Source of the DNA: Sporopachydermia quercuum
Taxonomy: Eukaryota
Direction: 5' to 3'
NCBI GenBank assembly: GCA_001599295.1
Contig: BCGN01000002.1
Span: 868,001-932,000, forward strand
Length of the DNA: 64,000 bases
Position numbers and translations under genes: made by a program. The stretch's first letter is position 1, and each line of letters starts with the position of its first letter. Positions 10,763 through 22,157 of the stretch are shown piece after piece. The notes below the pieces were generated by a model, which was given only the letters and a program-made list of their open reading frames with translations, was not told the origin of the DNA and made no database searches.

Positions 10763-13675
10763 ATGTCTATGTCAATTGAAGATCCAATTGGTGATGAATT
10801 CCTTTTCTTCCCATCAACATTGACCGTTGATTCTGAAGCAGTATCTACATTAACAACCACAGCAAGCCATAACNCTATTGCAAACATTCTCCCTAACAAT
10901 AAGGACACAACTGTTCATAACAACTACAAAAAAACTTCTAAATCTGACACTATTAGTCCTTACAATNCTGATGAGTTTGATGAAGAGTTCTACGTTTTGA
11001 ATGATGTTCCTTTATTTAGACCTGATGAAAACTTCTTCAGAACCCCAGCTCCTAACCCTGATCTGAACTTTCCCACAATAGAACAACTGGAAAACTACAT
11101 TCATAGAATATCTGAAACTTTCAAACTTCCTTTGGTCAAATCACACTCAGAGAAAAACGCATCATCTCATGATATTCAATATGTTTGCTCTAAATATTCA
11201 AAGTATTTATTCAGAATCAAAGGTAAAGAAAAGAATAAGACAAGCAAATGCAATAATCCCGGATGTGATTTCAGATTGCGATTTTCTTGTAATAAGAAAA
11301 CTGGTAACGTTTGGAGGTTGACAAAATTTAATAATATTCACAATCATACCGTTGACGCTTCAGTTAATCATTTATTAAGTGAAATGGAACTACTAGAGAT
11401 GTCATTAGATTCCTATTTAGAAGTTGATAAAGAACGTATAACTCAGCTCTTGTATTTTGGAATTGGTGTTTCGGATGTTTATATGATTATGAAACAATTA
11501 TTCCCTCATAGGAAATATGATGCCATGGAAATCTACAGATACAAAATATATCTTACAAGATTAGACAAATCAACAAAGAAGAGAAAATATTCCAAATATC
11601 CTGAATGGGCGCAAAAATCAATTGATGAGATACGTAAATCTGGTTCAATTGGTAATAGTAAGAGTCAAGTGGTTAATAATCCATTTGCCGAGACTATTTT
11701 GAGATACCAAATATCAGAAATTGGAAACTTGAATTACTTTCTTTGGATCAATAATGAGGGATTGAAGCTATTTCAAGCCTTTGGTGGTGTCCTTTTTATG
11801 GATACCTACTTCAACACTAACAAATTAGATGTCCCTATATTTGACATCATTGGTGATTTGTCAACCGGTTCAATTCATCTTGAACACAAACCTTCAAATT
11901 CAGTTTTCACTCCTAATAGCTTGGATTCAAGTATTGGCGAAGAAAATAGAAGAACAAGCGGCGGTAGTACCAACTCAACTGATACTGCACAAGAAGAATT
12001 ACTGGATAATGTCACATCATTGAAGGAAAATCATTATTATCATCTAGGTACTTGTTATATTTCTCCAACCTGTCAAAATGCTGGTACTATTGCTTTAACA
12101 GACCTTAGAAACATCCTTGGTGAAGATTCTATACCAAAATCATTTATCTGCAGCGCTGATGAGTATATCCTCAAAGGCTGGGTAGATGTTTTCCCGAAGA
12201 CGCCTTATATGGTTTGCCAATGGAAGTTCTGTAACGATGTTATCAATGGAATTCGTCAAAAATTCATTTCTAAGAAGATGAATAGAGCTAATGACTTATT
12301 CATGAGTGTGTTCGAAGCAACTGCAGAAGCGGATTATCACCAGAAACTACAAATAGTCGAACAAAGGGTTAATCAAGGCTGTAGAAGTCCTGAATGGGTC
12401 AATCGATTTATTAAAGACAAATTGAATGAGTCTTTCGTCAAAGGACATCTATGCAACTTTGAGATCTCAAAATTGGAACAGAATTCTAATCTATTTTCTG
12501 GTCAAAGAAGGTCATGTGGTATATTGGAAATGAGGGCTCATTTCATCAAGAAGTTTAAAAGAAAGCTAAAGGCAATCAATATTTCTGGAGAAGAAAAAAG
12601 AAGTAATGTGGAAGAATTGACTAGGAAAAAAATCTCATCAACAATTCAAATACTAAAACAAAGCATGGGTCATAGGTTTAAGGAAGTGGTTGAGACAGTA
12701 TTCCCATTAGATAAGCAAGATGCTATTACCTTCTTCTTGAAGAGAGCGCATCTTTTTGGTTGCTTCGTTACTAATCATGAATCCCTGACTCTTGATACAA
12801 TGAACGAAATAACTAAACAATACAAGCAGATGGAAGTTAAGGGCCTCAAAATTCAGTCGGGAACGGGAGGGCCTAACAAACCATGCACCTGTAATATCAC
12901 GAAACGAAAGGGAATTCCATGTCTGCATAAAATCAGAGANTGTGAATTGAGTTATAGAAAGCTGGGAATGAATTTGATTCAAACAGATACAGCAGTTATC
13001 AATCAGAATGATAATTTGTATGCTTATAATTATCCTACACCTCTAGGTCAAGAGTATAGCGAGTTGGATAACTTTTTAACTGGCAATGGATTACCTGAGC
13101 CTGAATATCACTTCAATAACTATCAATCACAAACAACTATCTCCAACGCAAGTCAAGCTCACTTGGGTCTAAAGAGAAGTCACGATTATCTATTAGAAAC
13201 ACCTAACAAGAGTAAAGTCTATGGCATGAAATCATCAGTTAATGGCAATATTATGAACGCCAATCCTTTCACGCCTATTAAAAATATTACCCCAACAACA
13301 ATATCTCCTTTAAATGAATTCTCCGCAATTAGATCACGAACAATTGATCCATCATTCTCTAATTTGAACCTGAATAATGGCCTTGTTTGGTCACCACCTG
13401 TTGGAATATTATCTGGTGCCGGTGCTACTATGTCACCACATTTCTGGGGACCCGAAGCAACCCCTGGTGGTATGGGATTATATTCTGGACCATTTGTTTC
13501 ACCGTTTAAATTTGGAACTGAATATAATACGCCTTCCATGCCAACAACAACAACAACAACAACAACAACAGTAACCATCGGTGGAAAAATGACCGCATCA
13601 AGAGCTCTTCAACCTCTTTCAGTTAATAGAATTCTTGAGGATGACTGGAGCGTCAAAAAAAGAAGATTTGATTAA
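10763..13675 (+). CDS. MULE/Mutator transposase-derived protein (FAR1/WRKY-GCM1-type DNA-binding domain, degenerate DDE domain, SWIM zinc finger), probable domesticated transcription factor
   Basis: DBD at about 11069-11347 (YVCSK...GCDFRL...WRLTKFNNIHNH); MULE motifs VLFMDTYFNTNK and VFPKTPYMVCQW; SWIM CTC-x9-CLH at 12884-12928; uninterrupted 970-aa ORF. Confidence 0.85.
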   Translation: MSMSIEDPIGDEFLFFPSTLTVDSEAVSTLTTTASHNXIANILPNNKDTTVHNNYKKTSKSDTISPYNXDEFDEEFYVLNDVPLFRPDENFFRTPAPNPDLNFPTIEQLENYIHRISETFKLPLVKSHSEKNASSHDIQYVCSKYSKYLFRIKGKEKNKTSKCNNPGCDFRLRFSCNKKTGNVWRLTKFNNIHNHTVDASVNHLLSEMELLEMSLDSYLEVDKERITQLLYFGIGVSDVYMIMKQLFPHRKYDAMEIYRYKIYLTRLDKSTKKRKYSKYPEWAQKSIDEIRKSGSIGNSKSQVVNNPFAETILRYQISEIGNLNYFLWINNEGLKLFQAFGGVLFMDTYFNTNKLDVPIFDIIGDLSTGSIHLEHKPSNSVFTPNSLDSSIGEENRRTSGGSTNSTDTAQEELLDNVTSLKENHYYHLGTCYISPTCQNAGTIALTDLRNILGEDSIPKSFICSADEYILKGWVDVFPKTPYMVCQWKFCNDVINGIRQKFISKKMNRANDLFMSVFEATAEADYHQKLQIVEQRVNQGCRSPEWVNRFIKDKLNESFVKGHLCNFEISKLEQNSNLFSGQRRSCGILEMRAHFIKKFKRKLKAINISGEEKRSNVEELTRKKISSTIQILKQSMGHRFKEVVETVFPLDKQDAITFFLKRAHLFGCFVTNHESLTLDTMNEITKQYKQMEVKGLKIQSGTGGPNKPCTCNITKRKGIPCLHKIRXCELSYRKLGMNLIQTDTAVINQNDNLYAYNYPTPLGQEYSELDNFLTGNGLPEPEYHFNNYQSQTTISNASQAHLGLKRSHDYLLETPNKSKVYGMKSSVNGNIMNANPFTPIKNITPTTISPLNEFSAIRSRTIDPSFSNLNLNNGLVWSPPVGILSGAGATMSPHFWGPEATPGGMGLYSGPFVSPFKFGTEYNTPSMPTTTTTTTTTVTIGGKMTASRALQPLSVNRILEDDWSVKKRRFD
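13544..13570 (+). repeat. (ACA)9 trinucleotide repeat encoding poly-Thr
   Basis: Read directly, within the C-terminal tail of the MULE-derived ORF. Confidence 0.95.
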
Positions 13676-14235
13676 GGGAATTAATCACAGAGCAAAGAAG
13701 AGATAACAATACATAGAATACCAAAAAGGAGCAATATTTAACCCAAAGAAGATAGAAATATAAGGGGAAATGAGAAGGGACTTAATCACAAGAATTAGCA
13801 TTCCATTTCAGAGTGCCGTGATGTAACATATAGGGAAGAGACAACTTTGTACAGTTCAGCACTTTGAAAATAAATTGATCATTTAAAATATATTTATGTG
13901 AATCATTCCACAGATATTATNGATAGATTCCTCTTAAAGCAGGTAGAATAACTAAATCAACAGTTGTTAAGTGTCCATAGCCCGCAACATAATTAGTACG
14001 AATTACGGATTGTATTGGTAAAATGACTGATCGTGAGTATGAGAAAGCAAGTAAAAAATACCGAAATCGATGCGCTTTTTTTTGTTTTAAGGTCATTATT
14101 TATTCGTTTACTTTATTTTATATACTATCCAACAACACATTTAATCTATGATATATACTGTGCCAAACCAGTCGGCCACTTCAAATAATAACAAGTATCA
14201 ATCACCCCTTGTCACGGGTATTGCCAGTGAACTGT

Positions 14236-15153
14236 TTACAACTTAGATTTTGATCTACCAACAGTACATTTGATTAAACCGTTAGGATTGAGAGGGCAAA
14301 GAGATGGTAAGAACACTTCCGCATCAGCGCCAGTGTTCTTGATTCCGTCATGCCATGACATATCAATGTTCATGTAGTGCTTATTAGGTAATGAGTAAGA
14401 CACAGTTTCTAGTTGAGCAACATTAGACAAGATCTTTTCTGCCATGTTGTACATGGTGGCTTGAACAGAAGGTGAGTTTTCTAATGCGAAAAGTTCTAAA
14501 GTAACATTTCTAGCAGAATCATAGGCGTAATCAAATAAACCAGCCTTAGCATTTGATTGAATAATTTCGATAGACTTAGTTGACCAAGTCCATGTAGCTT
14601 CAATATCGGTTGATAGAATTCTATCAGTTGTAGGTTGCAAAGTAGTAAAATCGCAGACATTGTATCCATAAAACATGGATCCAGTTGATTTCAAAACTGT
14701 GAGATCTTTAATACCGGAACTCAAATCTAAAACGTTTTGACCGGGATTATAATGCAAAGAACAAACTCTTACTTCATCACCCCCTTTAATAAAAGAATGA
14801 TCATGGAGCTTCCCGTTAACGGGGAATCTATTCCAGCTGTGCTGAATGATATCAACGAAAACACCTTCGACTTGATCGTACTTGGAGACGAAATGAGTAG
14901 CTAGAACAGAAGCAAAATATTCAATAGGCCAAACATCATTTAGCTTGGCCAGAATATAGGTAGTGTTCTTAACAGTATCAGTAGGAACAACACTGGAGTT
15001 GTCAGCTTCTGTGTATGAAGTTTCAAACTTGCCTTCTAATAAAATAGTACAAGTTAATTCAATGACTTCTTGATAGCTAGGATTCTTAGGATCCTTCTTG
15101 ACTTTCAAAAGTCTGACGTGATCTTTTCCGTATCTTGAAGAAATGAGAACCAT
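14236..15153 (-). CDS. URO1: Urate oxidase (uricase), peroxisomal
   Basis: YGKD.VR, SYTEADNS.VVPTDTVKNT, LTVLKSTGSMF, DRILST, SPSVQATMY, LPNKHY motifs; C-terminal PTS1 -SKL. Confidence 0.97.
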   Translation of the reverse strand: MVLISSRYGKDHVRLLKVKKDPKNPSYQEVIELTCTILLEGKFETSYTEADNSSVVPTDTVKNTTYILAKLNDVWPIEYFASVLATHFVSKYDQVEGVFVDIIQHSWNRFPVNGKLHDHSFIKGGDEVRVCSLHYNPGQNVLDLSSGIKDLTVLKSTGSMFYGYNVCDFTTLQPTTDRILSTDIEATWTWSTKSIEIIQSNAKAGLFDYAYDSARNVTLELFALENSPSVQATMYNMAEKILSNVAQLETVSYSLPNKHYMNIDMSWHDGIKNTGADAEVFLPSLCPLNPNGLIKCTVGRSKSKL

Positions 15154-15607
15154 TTTTGATGTAGTATATATTGTGGTTTGAAAGATTATTTAGTTCTGGT
15201 AACTATACAGGCTTCTGCTTTTAAATAGTCGCTGATATTGTTGCGGGTATTTATAGAAGTTTAGATGATGAGCCGATCTTTTTTATCTCCTTATTGTTGC
15301 TTCTGCTCTTTTCTCTCTCTTCGTTTCTACTTCTAAGATATGGTCGATGCAATGAGGAATCACTCAATATTTATACTATTNCCTTTCCAGAGTTTGGAAT
15401 GGTAAATAAGCTCAGAATCTGGTTTGGAAATTGTAACGAAAGCCTCAACTCTAAACNAGTTTATTTCAATCCCTCCACCGTTCTTGTTACCAATATCGAT
15501 GTCTAGCTCTAATCGTAGATTTAGATAGTTTATCTTTTGACCAAGATATTCCGTTCCTGACCGATATCTGTTGTTCAATCTGACCATTTGCAGTTTGAAG
15601 AGACTGC

Positions 15608-15950
15608 GATAAGCTTTAAGTTTGAGTTAGGTAAAACTGCGTACCGAAGACAAGATTAATTCTTAAACTTTATTATATGCATCAGTAAATCCGACCAGGC
15701 CTGATAAATTGAATGCAATTATGGGTAGAAGCAAAAGGCAGTATCTTGGGAAAGAAAAAACACGAAAAGAATGAAACAAAGAGATTTTGATTGAAAACAT
15801 CAGTGTAGGTCGTTGATAAGGGAAGTAGATATGTTAGTTGGTTAAAAATTCAAACGATACATTCTGCTGCTATAGTGAGGGAACAAAGTGTCTGTCGTCA
15901 TAGACTAAGAAAAGTATACCGCTAAATGGTTAGCCAACGAGAGTGATAAG
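15608..15950. promoter_or_regulatory. GATAAG cluster upstream of uricase (nitrogen-regulation GATA sites)
   Basis: GATAAG at 15608-15613, 15815-15820 and 15945-15950, with further GATAA copies nearby. Confidence 0.5.
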
Positions 15951-16297
15951 AACTGTTTCCATCTATAGTTGCAGGGTTCGAACTACGTATTGTCAAGATG
16001 CTCTCTGGAAGAAGATATCATATTCTAATGAAATTCATAGTAATAACAATGATATCATAAAACAGAAATGCAATTCAAACAACTCACGCTAATTCCCTTC
16101 ACTAGTAAAATCTCGGTGAAGTCCTTGCGTGAATTGGAGTGGAAAGTGGATCATACGATTAAGTAAGTTGGGATTTTGGGAATCTTTTCAACTCTGAATT
16201 TATTTCCTTTTAAGAAAACTAGAATTACATCAATAAAGTCANCAAAATCTACTACTTAAGTCACTTGTTACCGCTTATATCATTCCACGAGCCACAC

Positions 16298-16310
16298 CGG
16301 AATTTGCCGA
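16298..16310. promoter_or_regulatory. CGG-N6-CCG site (Ppr1/UaY-type Zn2Cys6 binding site)
   Basis: CGG AATTTG CCGA, about 1.15 kb upstream of the uricase ATG. Confidence 0.4.
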
Positions 16311-18658
16311 ATCCATGTATGAAAGTTCGATTTCCACACTTTATCCCAATAAGGAAATTTCCATGAATTGAATGGCTTTTACCGCTCTCTCATGCTGTTC
16401 TAAAGAAATAAATGTAAAGACCAACAAGCGTGAAAAAACTACATGCCAATGAATTTGTAAGGTACGTTTTTATGATCTCAAGACCATATGGNCCTAGAGT
16501 AAGAATAATTTATCGGGGAAATCGAAAGTAACANAATTTCTTTCCTCTGCGGATTCAACTGGTTGTATGAACAATAGGGATAACTATTTTGAGAGACCTA
16601 TAGAAGGTAGTACCTAGTACTATTCTCCACATTAAATTGTAGGTTGTAGCGTAAATAATTACTAGAACAGCAGCTTAATTCTTATTCTTCATTGTATCGT
16701 AGCTTCGATATTAAAAGAGATATTTAGATATCATGGGATATTCTCAGGCAATATAGGCAATAGTATCTATATTTATCAATTGACCACTCAAATTCTCTTT
16801 TCTCTACGAAATATTTCAAAATATATGGCAATTGTGTTATCCTATCTTCTACAGTTCATTGCACACTAGCAATGAGTAGAAACTCTCATTCAATCTTACT
16901 TCTCCAACATAAACTTCACAATATTTTTAGCCCTTTGATTTGGCAACGGNCATTACTCAACCAAATCCTAACTTATTGAAAGTAGTCTCACAGCTGCTCC
17001 ATCTTTACCGATCATTCTCTGCCTCCACTTCCATAATATTCTTCTCATCCATCTCAACGGCTTTTTCTCAAATTATCCACTCGTAGAATGTCAGCCACAT
17101 TTATTAACGGTATATACCGCTTAAGATTTAACTATATCCTATAAATACATAAACCTCAAAACATTATTTCCAAATTAGGTAATGCCTTTGTACACGGTCT
17201 TCTCCGAAGTATTTTAACTTTCGTTTATTGAAAGAGTTATTTCGAACAATGGAAAGGAATGAAAATGTTTGGGATTTGTTATTGACGTATTCAATAAGCA
17301 TAGTGGAATTAATGAAGTGTATTAAACAAGCATAGGATTGGTCAAAAGGAGAAAAGAGGTATTGCATCAGCGGTAAAAACAATGATTTGGTGGAGATTTG
17401 ATTAAACGAATGAGATGAGGTTGAATGACGTAGAAAAAAAGGAGTTCCGATGTTTGAAAATATATTATAACGTAAAATGTCAAACTTGTCATAATAAAGG
17501 TTAATTATATTAATAAAATAGGCGACAATGAAGGAGATAACTCCAGATCAGATCATATTGTGAGCGACAAAGTAAAAAGGAATTGGTACTAAAGATTGAA
17601 CTTATGCATTCAATAAAGTTGGGCGAACTTCATGGGATGAGAAGGTTGCTTTAATGTTCCTTCTTGATTAGCCGCATCGGGACTCCAGAGTTATTTTATC
17701 AATAATTTCCTATAAAAGGTATTATCAACTTAAGGACAGATGATTAGACGGATAGCCATTTCTTTTATTATGACAATTATAGTTAACCTGTAAGTTACAA
17801 AATATACTCGTTCTATGTATATAGTTCTATTACCCTTTTTAGCGTTATCGAGAATCATANTACATAGTTGTTGTTTGAAGTAGTAGGAAACACGTATCTC
17901 CGACATTACAGTATGTTGATAGTACTATAATTCTGTCCACAGAGAGGTGAAGTCTCTTATGATTATCATTGAATGAAATTAANATTTATTGTTGGCGATG
18001 GAATCATTATCTACTCGGTGAAAAGCGACACTCAAGCTTTCTGTTCTTAGTGTTTTCTATCAGTGAGATGTTTCCACTTTATCGGCTGATCTAAACCACG
18101 TTTTCTCATCCATATCATAAACACGAACACTCATGTGCGACAAACCCNGCGTTCAAAATAAGAAAGGGTGAAAGGCAATAAAAAATGAACTGTAACAAGA
18201 GTTAGGCGTCTTATATCTGATTATCTAGTCCTTATTACACTGTTCCTCTTATCCTCATCGTCACATGATAAACTATTCATCAAATCTTGCTAGCAAAGCG
18301 AATATATATATAATGCAGCGAACACTCACTGATATCTTTCAGCTAGAATTTACGATTGGCTTGTTGTATCTAGACTGATCAATTCAATTATACTATCTAT
18401 TATGTTTTCATCCTATTGTAATATTGATCATGATGTTACTACTGAACTTTTCGCGCATTCATAATCTTTCCCACCAATATGAATTATGGATTTCCTTTCC
18501 CAAACCTCGCCATCATCAACTGATAATAACTGGTCATGCTTATTATTCATGCAGTAGAATCACNCTTTATTCTGCAATCATACTCAGTGCTATCAACAAA
18601 ATAACTGAACCCTCCCCATAGTTTCCCATTTTCGATTTCTTCACAATTTCCACCGAAC

Positions 18659-18724
18659 CACGTGATGCATTCTTACATGTGATTTCTCTGTTTTTCACGT
18701 GACCTAATATAGTTTGAAAATTTT
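18659..18724. promoter_or_regulatory. CCM1 promoter: two CACGTG E-boxes (Cbf1-type) and an RRPE/RGE element
   Basis: CACGTG at 18659-18664 and 18696-18701 (TCACGTGAC); TGAAAATTTT at 18715-18724. Confidence 0.55.
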
Positions 18725-18909
18725 CACTCATTAAAANTAAATCAATAATAACTTTTTATTTTTTGTATNATTTCAAAGTAAATATGTACAGACTTTATAC
18801 TAATAATGCGAAGGTCAGATATTCAAAAATTGGCATTGGAACGGCATAAACTGAGATGTTTGAAGCGATATAAGTAATCCTATAATATACTACTCAGAAG
18901 TATGTAAAA

Positions 18910-21255
18910 ATGATATGGGGATTACTAAGATGTCCAGAATGGATGAGTCAGGGTTATATACTGAAACATAGGAGTTTTTTGCTCGTTTCAACTTCAACAT
19001 TTTCAACTACAGCTTCAAAACAAAAACAGAGGGCGACGTGGNTATCTTCCAAAGATCGAAAAGAATTGAATATTGTTAAGTCAAAGACAGGCCAGGAAAA
19101 GGCAGAAAGGAAAAAGCAGCTACGTGAACTGATGAAGTTTACATCTAAGATCAAGACGGAAGTAGCACGACTAAATGAAAAAGAACAAGTAGCAGCAATA
19201 GAAGAGGCACTTCCAAAACAAGAGATAAAGGAAGAAGATGTTGAACAAGCTGTTGAATTCTTGTTATCGTCACCATCAGATAGTGCATCAAATAGTATAA
19301 AAGCTGATAAACATAAAGCGCTGATAGAGCAGTCTCAGAGACAATTGCTTCCTGATAAGGANGACAATTTGAGTCTACCACATGGACTAGGATCTTCAGT
19401 TACGGAGAAAGTTGAAACAAAACGGTTATTCGGAACACCGCAAGAAAAGGAAATACCATCAAAGATATATGATAAGGCAGGGGATGCTGTTAAATTCATT
19501 GCGTCTCCCAAACATCAAAATTGGTTCAGATTTATAAAAGCAGTGTATGAGAATGGAGGGTTGGTTGATGTAACAGCAAAGGACACTAATAAGTTAATCA
19601 GCGTTATACCTAACTATCAATTAGCAGACTGTGTTGCATTAATTTATGAAATGGCCGAGATTGCCAACCTTCTGGAGAATAAAANAGTTCGAAAGCATCT
19701 ATATAAAGCAATAATTTCCAGTTACGTCGAAAAAGGAGCAGCATATACTCCAATAGCTGAATCGTTTTATGAGTTATTTAAGCAAGAGGGATTTCCTATG
19801 GAACGATACATTTTCAGTAACCTTTTTAAAATGTGTTCTAAAGCTAATGACTTACGAAAAGCTTCCTATTATTTGCAGGAAATGAAACTTGCGGGAATTG
19901 AACCAGATCTCAAAATTCACACAGTTTTAGTTCAGCTGTCGATCAAGAATGATAATATGAGTCAAGCTCAAGGTATTTTTGACAAGTTGAAATATATGTC
20001 TTTGGAAAATCAACCCGATGAAAGATTATATGCTTCTATGATTTTGGGCCATGGAAAACTGAACAACGTGGAGAGATGCTTAGATCTCTATGCAGAGATG
20101 ACAACAAGGCCATTCAATCCTATCAAACCAACACTTAATACATACATAACTTTAATATTTGCATGTGCAAGAAGATCAGAGTACCTTATAAAAGGATGGG
20201 AGTTAGTCGTTGAAATGATCGAGAATATTCCAAATGCTTTTGATAAGAAAGCCTTACAAGCAATATGTTTCTTGGCTGGTCATTCTGGAGACCTACCATT
20301 AATTCGAGTAATATTTGCTAAACTATATGAAAATAAGCTAATAAGAGCAGAATCATTTTCGGTTCATGATAGGCAAATGGCAGCAGCCTCATCAGATTCT
20401 ATTGTGGTTAGTTCCCTAATGACTGGCTACAGTACTTACGATTCTCGCATAAAACCAGTGTTGTATGCCATAACTGGTGGCAAAGCCATCAGAGACAAAT
20501 TTTTCTATGGTGCTGATTTTACACCAAAAGCGTCTCTACCACCATTTTTGCCAATATACGAAACGTTTTCTCCTGATGTGGTTTTGGCTGAATCCCGAGC
20601 TATTATGAAGTTTCTACACAGTGACTTTCCTTCATTAATAAACTCAAGAGTCGTTCTCAGCTATTTGTCTGTTTGCTCCAAGCTTCATAATATGGAGGAG
20701 TATAAACGGAGATTTGAAGAAGAATCGTACTTCGCTGGAAAGCAATCTGTTTTGGAGAAGCTGAATCCAAAGCCAAAGGTTGAAATAATTGAAGAAGATT
20801 CCGAATACATCAGCTCTAAGACAAAAGCCGTTTCAGAAACAACATCAAATATGAAGGTTCCTAGGAGCCATGATCTTTATGCCAGTGCCATCACCGCAGC
20901 AACCTACTGTGGCGATTTAGCGTACGGACAAAGCATTTGGATTGAGAGAGGTGCATGGAGAAAAACAAAAGCTTTCAGATCTTTACCAAAATATAAACAA
21001 AAGGAACAAGATTTTGATTTTGCAATTAAGATGTTTCGTCTATTAACTGCTTGCAAACAACTTGATGAAGCTTTGACTATAGTGAAAGCATCGTTGGATA
21101 GATTCCCCTGGACACCAGAGCTGGTTTCTCCATTAATTTCGCAGGCAGAGACATTGGAATATTTCAAAATCAAATATGAACTAACTGAAATATGCAAACA
21201 TATCAAAAAACCTGCGTATCTCCGTAATAGAGATGATTTGGAAACAGATGAGTAA
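18910..21255 (+). CDS. CCM1: Mitochondrial pentatricopeptide-repeat protein (Ccm1)
   Basis: Basic/hydroxylated presequence, tandem PPR helices (LYASMILGHGKLNNVERCLDLYAEM), and Ccm1-like motifs PPFLP, LAESRAI, W.ERG.WRK. Confidence 0.88.
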   Translation: MIWGLLRCPEWMSQGYILKHRSFLLVSTSTFSTTASKQKQRATWXSSKDRKELNIVKSKTGQEKAERKKQLRELMKFTSKIKTEVARLNEKEQVAAIEEALPKQEIKEEDVEQAVEFLLSSPSDSASNSIKADKHKALIEQSQRQLLPDKXDNLSLPHGLGSSVTEKVETKRLFGTPQEKEIPSKIYDKAGDAVKFIASPKHQNWFRFIKAVYENGGLVDVTAKDTNKLISVIPNYQLADCVALIYEMAEIANLLENKXVRKHLYKAIISSYVEKGAAYTPIAESFYELFKQEGFPMERYIFSNLFKMCSKANDLRKASYYLQEMKLAGIEPDLKIHTVLVQLSIKNDNMSQAQGIFDKLKYMSLENQPDERLYASMILGHGKLNNVERCLDLYAEMTTRPFNPIKPTLNTYITLIFACARRSEYLIKGWELVVEMIENIPNAFDKKALQAICFLAGHSGDLPLIRVIFAKLYENKLIRAESFSVHDRQMAAASSDSIVVSSLMTGYSTYDSRIKPVLYAITGGKAIRDKFFYGADFTPKASLPPFLPIYETFSPDVVLAESRAIMKFLHSDFPSLINSRVVLSYLSVCSKLHNMEEYKRRFEEESYFAGKQSVLEKLNPKPKVEIIEEDSEYISSKTKAVSETTSNMKVPRSHDLYASAITAATYCGDLAYGQSIWIERGAWRKTKAFRSLPKYKQKEQDFDFAIKMFRLLTACKQLDEALTIVKASLDRFPWTPELVSPLISQAETLEYFKIKYELTEICKHIKKPAYLRNRDDLETDE

Positions 21256-22157
21256 GAGGGTTTTACTGTCTAATAAGGATAATTTACAAACACAACAAAT
21301 TTCTTGTACATATATAAATGCTAGCGTCTAATACATTATTTATTATCGTATAATACTGTATATTTTCGTTCCCTGGAGAATCTCAATAAAAATCCTATAT
21401 TTTGCCAGTTGTTTTAACTACTTTGAATTTATCCGATGCCACAATTAGAGTTAGCTTATTCTATTTCATCGGAAAAACTTCTGACTGGATTGACATTGGA
21501 CTCTATAAAACTAACACCTCTATGACCTAAAAAAGTATTTAGACCAACTCAGATATTTTTTATTTCTATATAGGGAAGTATTGAAACGGTGTTCTACGTC
21601 CATATTCCTACGACTGCTATTTAAATAGTTCTCAGTCTCGAATTCTGTATAATTATATCACATGTGAATCAAATATGTGAATGAGGCAATAACTGCAAGA
21701 AAACGTCATAATTATGTAAGGTGCGCAGCAATGCAGATGAATAGATGAATACTCATAATGGAAAGCTGGGNAGTGCATTAGATCCAGTTGGCCAATTGAT
21801 TCATGATTACAGGATATGAAATATTGGAAACCTTTAGTGCTTCTGATACCATTTAATATGAATTGATAATTGATATTCACTTTTATGGTGGACTCAATTG
21901 TTGTGTTCTCCGTCGTTGTCTGTTTACACATAGCTGATTGATGATGTCAGTGCATAATGATGNAAGCTCATGCAANGTAATAATTTATATGTCCCAAAAC
22001 ATGTCTAGCATGAAAATGCTTTTCATAAGCCCGATGATGAAAACTATCAAGAATCATTTTTCATTATATTGAGAAAGCGTTTGAATAAAGCAGATCAAAA
22101 CCCTTTAAAGCATCGAAACTGAATGTAATACGGGAATCATAGAAGTTGAGGGGAAAA

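Noticed and set aside
9166..14235. Intact mobile MULE element around the transposase-like ORF
   Set aside because: No TIRs or TSD seen by eye and catalytic residues appear substituted, so it is called as a CDS rather than a mobile element.
15919..15990. tRNA-like A/B boxes (GGTTCGAAC)
   Set aside because: The B box lacks the invariant terminal C and no cloverleaf stems form.
16900..17450. C/T-rich then G/A-rich block as a long hairpin or telomerase RNA
   Set aside because: The short complementary patches are not nested, and I recognised no template or Sm site.
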